From: Candidatus Harpocratesius repetitus
GTDB taxonomy: Archaea > Asgardarchaeota > Lokiarchaeia > Sigyniarchaeales > Promethearchaeaceae
DNA: 32,000 bases
Reading direction: 5' to 3'
NCBI GenBank assembly: GCA_021498095.1
Contig: JAIZWK010000001.1
Location: 1,830,001 to 1,862,000, forward strand
Under the pieces are notes generated by a model. The model worked only from the letters and a program-made list of their open reading frames with translations, was not told where the DNA came from and made no database searches. Position numbers and translations under genes: made by a program. Every line of letters starts with the position of its first letter. Position 1 is the first letter of the stretch. Below, in pieces: positions 27,874-32,000 of the stretch.

Positions 27874-28377
27874 TTATGCAGTAACAAATTCTAAGCTTTT
27901 TCCACAGTATTCACAAAAAACATGATGTTGTTCTTGCATTACTTGTATCATTTCTGGTGTGAATGTTTGTCCACATTCAGGGCAGTGAATTTGTTGGGGT
28001 GCTTCCATTTTTGAGTTTAATGGCCGATTTGCTTCAATTTGTGATGCCGGTCTGAATACTCTATTTGTAACTGGTCGATATCTTTGTGTAGGTTGAGAGT
28101 AATGTTTTGGTGCGTGTATATGTCGCGAAATTGACTGGATTAAAGCTTTAAGGATATTAATTGATGCTCTTAATAATTCAATTGATAATGCAAATGCACC
28201 TTTTATGATATAATAAATAATTGTAAAGAAACCGACTGTAAGTGCAACTAAGCCAATAAAAATTAAAATTTGATTCAACACAGGTAAACTGTGAAGCCAA
28301 CCACGAAAGGCTGAACAAGTTTCGATAACCGAACTAAAGCCATTGACAGCATTAATTGTATGTGACATTGGAGACAT
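27874..28377 (-). CDS. Single-TM protein with a C-terminal zinc ribbon
   Basis: One long hydrophobic helix, a low-complexity Pro/Arg linker, and CPEC...CEYC. Probable start ATG at 28377. Confidence 0.7.
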   Translation of the reverse strand: MSPMSHTINAVNGFSSVIETCSAFRGWLHSLPVLNQILIFIGLVALTVGFFTIIYYIIKGAFALSIELLRASINILKALIQSISRHIHAPKHYSQPTQRYRPVTNRVFRPASQIEANRPLNSKMEAPQQIHCPECGQTFTPEMIQVMQEQHHVFCEYCGKSLEFVTA

Positions 28378-28490
28378 TTTTTTCAACCAAAGGATATGAA
28401 GATTTTTCCTATTACACTTAAATTGGTTAATACATATCAATTATTCAGAGACCATTTTTTATCATTTAGAAAATGATGGAGAACAATTGA

Positions 28491-29264
28491 ATGCGAAAAT
28501 TTTTAGTTTTTGATTTAGGCGAGACATTGCTAAACTTTAATCAAACTGGAAAATGGCATGAGAGATTGAAAGAAGAAATTATTCCAGAAATGATCTCTCT
28601 ACTTAAACGAGAAATTAAAAGAATTGAAGGAAATCCAATATTTGCATATCAAAATAAGAAAAGTTTAGACCTCTTTAAATCCAGATCTCAAAAAGTCCAT
28701 TCGATTATTTATGAAGCAATAGCGTTAAAAGAAGAAAAAAATCGGAGTATGATTTCCCGAATCAAGAACTATTTACTCAAATTGTCTTTATCCCCTGAAC
28801 CACGAATAATTAATTCTCAACTTGATGTCTTTCAACGAAATTTAGACAAATATATTTCTATTTATCGAGATGTTCATAAAACTTTAAACCTGCTGCAAAA
28901 GCAGAAATATATTTTGGGATTATGGTCGAATACTCCATGGCAATCTCCTGGAAGAATTACTCTTTCATTAATGCAAAAATATCATCTTACTCAATATTTT
29001 GATTATATATTTTTTTCTGGTGATTATGAAGTTCAAAAGCCTGATCCTAAATCATTAGAGATTGTTCTTCATGAATCAAAGCAATCAAAGGATGATATGG
29101 TATATATCGGCAATTCTGACATTGATATCATTACTGGAGTAAAGTTTGGTATTCCCACTGTGTGGATTAATCGTGATGGAGGTGTATTAACTCCTCAATG
29201 TCCACGTCCAACTTTAGAAATATCCCACTTGGACGACTTACCTGAAAGGATTAAAAATATTTAA
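28491..29264 (+). CDS. HAD-superfamily hydrolase (subfamily IA)
   Basis: FDLGETL (motif I), WSNT (II), KPDP (III), IGNSDID (IV). Confidence 0.88.
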   Translation: MRKFLVFDLGETLLNFNQTGKWHERLKEEIIPEMISLLKREIKRIEGNPIFAYQNKKSLDLFKSRSQKVHSIIYEAIALKEEKNRSMISRIKNYLLKLSLSPEPRIINSQLDVFQRNLDKYISIYRDVHKTLNLLQKQKYILGLWSNTPWQSPGRITLSLMQKYHLTQYFDYIFFSGDYEVQKPDPKSLEIVLHESKQSKDDMVYIGNSDIDIITGVKFGIPTVWINRDGGVLTPQCPRPTLEISHLDDLPERIKNI

Positions 29265-29303
29265 CTATTCAATATTATACTCAAAAAAAAAGAATAATTA
29301 ATT

Positions 29304-29615
29304 GAGGATATTTTATCTTTTTTAATTTAAACGCTTTTTTGAATATCATTTATATATGTCCGACTTAAATCTGAAATATCGCAATTCTTTTTTTGTCGAA
29401 CTCGATTTTTTCAAAGAATTTGTTAAAAATTTACCATCCTGCTTATAAATTCTTCAATCTGATGTCTATTTTATTATAATTCTTGATTTACATATCTTGA
29501 ATTTGGCACCTTGGTAAAATCGACAAAAAATAAGGAAGGATATTTTAGATTTGAGTCGGAAGAATTAATATGATGAAATGAAAAACTTCGAATCTTTAAA
29601 ATTTAAAATACCCTC
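29304..29615. mobile_element. MITE-like non-autonomous element, copy 1 (312 bp)
   Basis: Ends GAGGATATTTTA...TAAAATACCCTC (11/12 inverted match), flanked by AATT (29300-29303) and AATT (29616-29619). Imperfect inverted arms extend 96 bp. No ORF. Confidence 0.8.
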
Positions 29616-29619
29616 AATT

Positions 29620-29931
29620 GAGGATGTTTTATCTTTTTTAATTTAAACGCTTTTTTGAATATCATTCATATATTTCCGACTTAATTCTGAAATATCGCAA
29701 TTCTTTTTTTGTCGAACTTGGTTTTTTCAAAGAATTTGTTAAAAATTCACCATCCTGTTTATAAATTCTTCAATCTGAAGTCGTTTTTATTAGAATTATT
29801 GATTTTCATACCTTGAATTTGGTACATCGATAAAATCGACAAAAAATAAGGGAGGATATTTTAGATTTGAGTCGGGAGAATTAAGATGATGAAATGAGAA
29901 ACTTCGAATCTTTGAAATTTAAAATACCCTC
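29620..29931. mobile_element. MITE-like non-autonomous element, copy 2 (312 bp), direct tandem with copy 1
   Basis: Same length, no indels, about 24 substitutions versus copy 1 (~92% identity, counted by eye). Flanked by AATT (29616-29619) and AATT (29932-29935). Confidence 0.8.
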
Positions 29932-30092
29932 AATTATTGATGTAATTATGAATTTTTTCTCCATTTAGGATAATTAGAGTCAAAGATAAAAGATTTAGAT
30001 TTCATACTTTTTTTATATTCTCTTATTAATTTTTAATTATCATTTTGAACCCACAACCTTTTCTATTCCCCTATCTTGCACTACACATTATC

Positions 30093-30503
30093 ATGGGAAA
30101 TTCAAACGATTTTGATGAATTATGGGAAGACATCCCCGGTTATGCATTTATTGCCTTAGGAAGGCGTGGACGGGAGCAGATCTCGCTATATCAATGTTTT
30201 ACTCCAGGATGCAATGAAAAAAAGCTTGATATGTTGCATATTGTTGATGTTGAAGAGAAAAACATTCAAACAAATTCTGATGGAAGTAAAGTATCTTCTA
30301 TTGCTTACAAAATTAAATGTGATACTTGTGGTTCTATTTTTAGGCTTGTATTTGAACAGTATCTTTCCCCTAATCCGGATAAGATAGATGAAAGTATTGA
30401 AGCGGAAGAAGATAACTCGTTAGTTTTATTCGAAAATGTTTATGCAACTGATGAATCAGGACAACATAATTATGGCCGGATTGGATTTGTACAATCAAAA
30501 TAA
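30093..30503 (+). CDS. Hypothetical putative Zn-binding protein
   Basis: CFTPGC and CDTC Cys pairs with acidic, beta-rich composition. Probable ATG at 30093 (the track starts at 30045). Confidence 0.7.
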   Translation: MGNSNDFDELWEDIPGYAFIALGRRGREQISLYQCFTPGCNEKKLDMLHIVDVEEKNIQTNSDGSKVSSIAYKIKCDTCGSIFRLVFEQYLSPNPDKIDESIEAEEDNSLVLFENVYATDESGQHNYGRIGFVQSK

Positions 30504-30540
30504 ATTTCAATTTTAATTTTTTGCAGTTTATTCATTAAAT

Positions 30541-31272
30541 GTGAGAACTATGCGCCCAATAATTCATTGTATTTTGTTTGATATGGATAATACTTTAATT
30601 GAAATTCCCGATACTCATTCGTATTTTGATGGCTTGATTCAAGAGGTAATTGCAAAAGATTTTCATCTTCCTATGCCTTCTGTTGAATCCAGGGATCAAC
30701 TTTGGCGAACGGGAGATGATTTCATTCAAGTTTTAAAATCATGGGGTATCGAAAGTTATAAACAATTTTGGCACTTTTTTGATAAACGGGATGTGATTGG
30801 GCGCAAAAAATTGATGCAAGATGGGAAAATGCAATTATATCCTGATGTTCTTCACTTTCTCGAAAAAATGAAGAAAAAAAGCGTTTCTATGGCAATTGTA
30901 ACAAATACTCCTAAATTTATTGCTGAACCAGAATTGCAAGAATTTAATATTATTCGTTTTTTCGATTATATTGCAGGTTTAGGAGATATTCAAGAATTAT
31001 GCAAACCAAATCCAGAAGGAATTCTTCAAGTTCTTAATCATTTGGGTTATCGTGCATCTGAAACAATATTTATTGGAGATTCAGTAGTTGATGCCTTAGC
31101 AGCTGCTCGTGCACGAATACATCCGATCTTAATTAGACGAAAAAAAAAAATACCTAAATTTCCAAAAGAATTGGATGAAAAATCTGTTTTATTCTTGGAT
31201 AATCTAACTGATATTCACGATTATTTTCAAATTATAGGAAAACAAGAAATTATTAATGAGCAATCAAATTAG
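30541..31272 (+). CDS. HAD-superfamily hydrolase, phosphoglycolate-phosphatase-like
   Basis: LFDMDNTL, IVTN, CKPNP, FIGDSVVD motifs. Confidence 0.9.
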   Translation: MRTMRPIIHCILFDMDNTLIEIPDTHSYFDGLIQEVIAKDFHLPMPSVESRDQLWRTGDDFIQVLKSWGIESYKQFWHFFDKRDVIGRKKLMQDGKMQLYPDVLHFLEKMKKKSVSMAIVTNTPKFIAEPELQEFNIIRFFDYIAGLGDIQELCKPNPEGILQVLNHLGYRASETIFIGDSVVDALAAARARIHPILIRRKKKIPKFPKELDEKSVLFLDNLTDIHDYFQIIGKQEIINEQSN

Positions 31273-31275
31273 TAG

Positions 31276-32000
31276 ATGATTAAAATGGAAATTGAATTAA
31301 ATACACATATCGAAAAAGTCTTTGTATATCAACAAGGTGCACGAATTGTACGTGTGGGTAAATGTAATCTTTCAAAAGGTTCACATAAAATCTTGTTAAA
31401 GAAGATGACGAAATTTTTAGATAAAAATTCTGTTCGTATTAAAGGGACAGGAAATGGAAAGATTCTAAATATTGGAATCGAAAAACACACTTCACCTATT
31501 TCTAAAAATGAGGAAATTGCTAATATTAGGCAGAAAATTAAAGAAGTCAAGAAAAAACACCATGAAATAGAATTTCTACTGGAATTTATGGATGAATCTA
31601 CTGAAAATTTGCGAAATTTTGGAAAGGAGTTCTATTCAAGAGCCCCTATTTATCTAATTCGTGATAAGATGGATTTTAATAAAATTTCAGATACAGATAA
31701 TTTCATAACGAAAGAGATTCAACAAAAAATTAAAGAAAAACAAAATGCTGAAGAAAAGAAACGCGAATTAACTGAAGAATTGAACAGATTGCAGCGAGAA
31801 CTTCAATTGCTCTCACGAACATCATCATTTGAAGAATATTGGGAAATAATTATTAGTCTCGACGTTGTAAAAGATGGTGAATTTATATTTGAAATCCAAT
31901 TCCAAGTGAACAAAGCTTCATGGATTCCATTTTATGATATTAACTTATTAGAAAACCAAGCAGAAATAAAGTTGATGGCCAATGTCTTTAATTATATGGA
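31276..32000 (+). CDS. DUF4140/DUF4139 (MuiA-like) protein, 3'-truncated by the window edge; absent from the ORF track
   Basis: Open frame from ATG 31276 to the window end: IEKVFVYQQGARIVR...LDKNSVRIKG (DUF4140), a coiled coil, then ASWIPFYDI (start of DUF4139). Confidence 0.85.
   Translation, partial: MIKMEIELNTHIEKVFVYQQGARIVRVGKCNLSKGSHKILLKKMTKFLDKNSVRIKGTGNGKILNIGIEKHTSPISKNEEIANIRQKIKEVKKKHHEIEFLLEFMDESTENLRNFGKEFYSRAPIYLIRDKMDFNKISDTDNFITKEIQQKIKEKQNAEEKKRELTEELNRLQRELQLLSRTSSFEEYWEIIISLDVVKDGEFIFEIQFQVNKASWIPFYDINLLENQAEIKLMANVFNYM

Noticed and set aside
28491-29264. HAD with DxG motif I and GNS motif IV as a pseudo-enzyme
   Set aside because: The nucleophilic Asp, motif II Ser/Thr, motif III Lys and a motif IV Asp are retained, and such variants are common among active HADs.
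29300-29935. CRISPR array or simple VNTR
   Set aside because: There are only two 312-bp units with terminal inverted repeats and no short repeat/unique spacer alternation, and no cas genes are in the window.
1-32000. tRNA, rRNA, integrase or transposase genes
   Set aside because: No cloverleaf, rRNA-like GC-rich tract or recombinase/transposase motif was recognised by eye. A tRNAscan-SE/Infernal run would be needed to exclude small ncRNAs.

Overview
AT-rich (roughly 30% GC, judged by eye) gene-dense archaeal window, almost certainly from an Asgard archaeon (Lokiarchaeia/Promethearchaeota-like). The basis is a Vps22/36-Vps25-Vps4 ESCRT locus, an archaeal-type geranylgeranyl reductase, GTGA/GGAG ribosome-binding sites and a TTTATATA promoter. 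From left to right the window holds: a HEAT-repeat protein (5'-truncated) and a dolichol/phytol-kinase-like membrane protein; a tightly coupled five-gene operon (two ABC-2 ATPases, two ABC-2 permeases and a 1762-aa membrane-anchored subtilisin homologue whose catalytic His, Ser and oxyanion Asn are all substituted, followed by CARDB-like and GIFT/DUF4350-like domains); a Zn-ribbon coiled-coil protein and a DsbD_2/TauE-like membrane protein; ESCRT-II (Vps22/36-like, Vps25-like) and Vps4 with no ESCRT-III gene nearby; a DUF998 gene with a repeat-flanked promoter; a sulfur module (ETHE1-like MBL-rhodanese fusion, DUF302, thioredoxin); two orphan DNA methyltransferases (one circularly permuted) around a geranylgeranyl reductase; two HAD hydrolases flanking a tandem pair of 312-bp MITE-like elements with shared AATT target duplications; and a 3'-truncated DUF4140/DUF4139 gene. 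No rRNA, tRNA or CRISPR array was recognised. Best leads: the ABC exporter plus pseudo-protease/GIFT operon, the tandem MITE pair, and the ESCRT-III-less ESCRT-II/Vps4 locus. All family assignments come from motif recognition without database searches.
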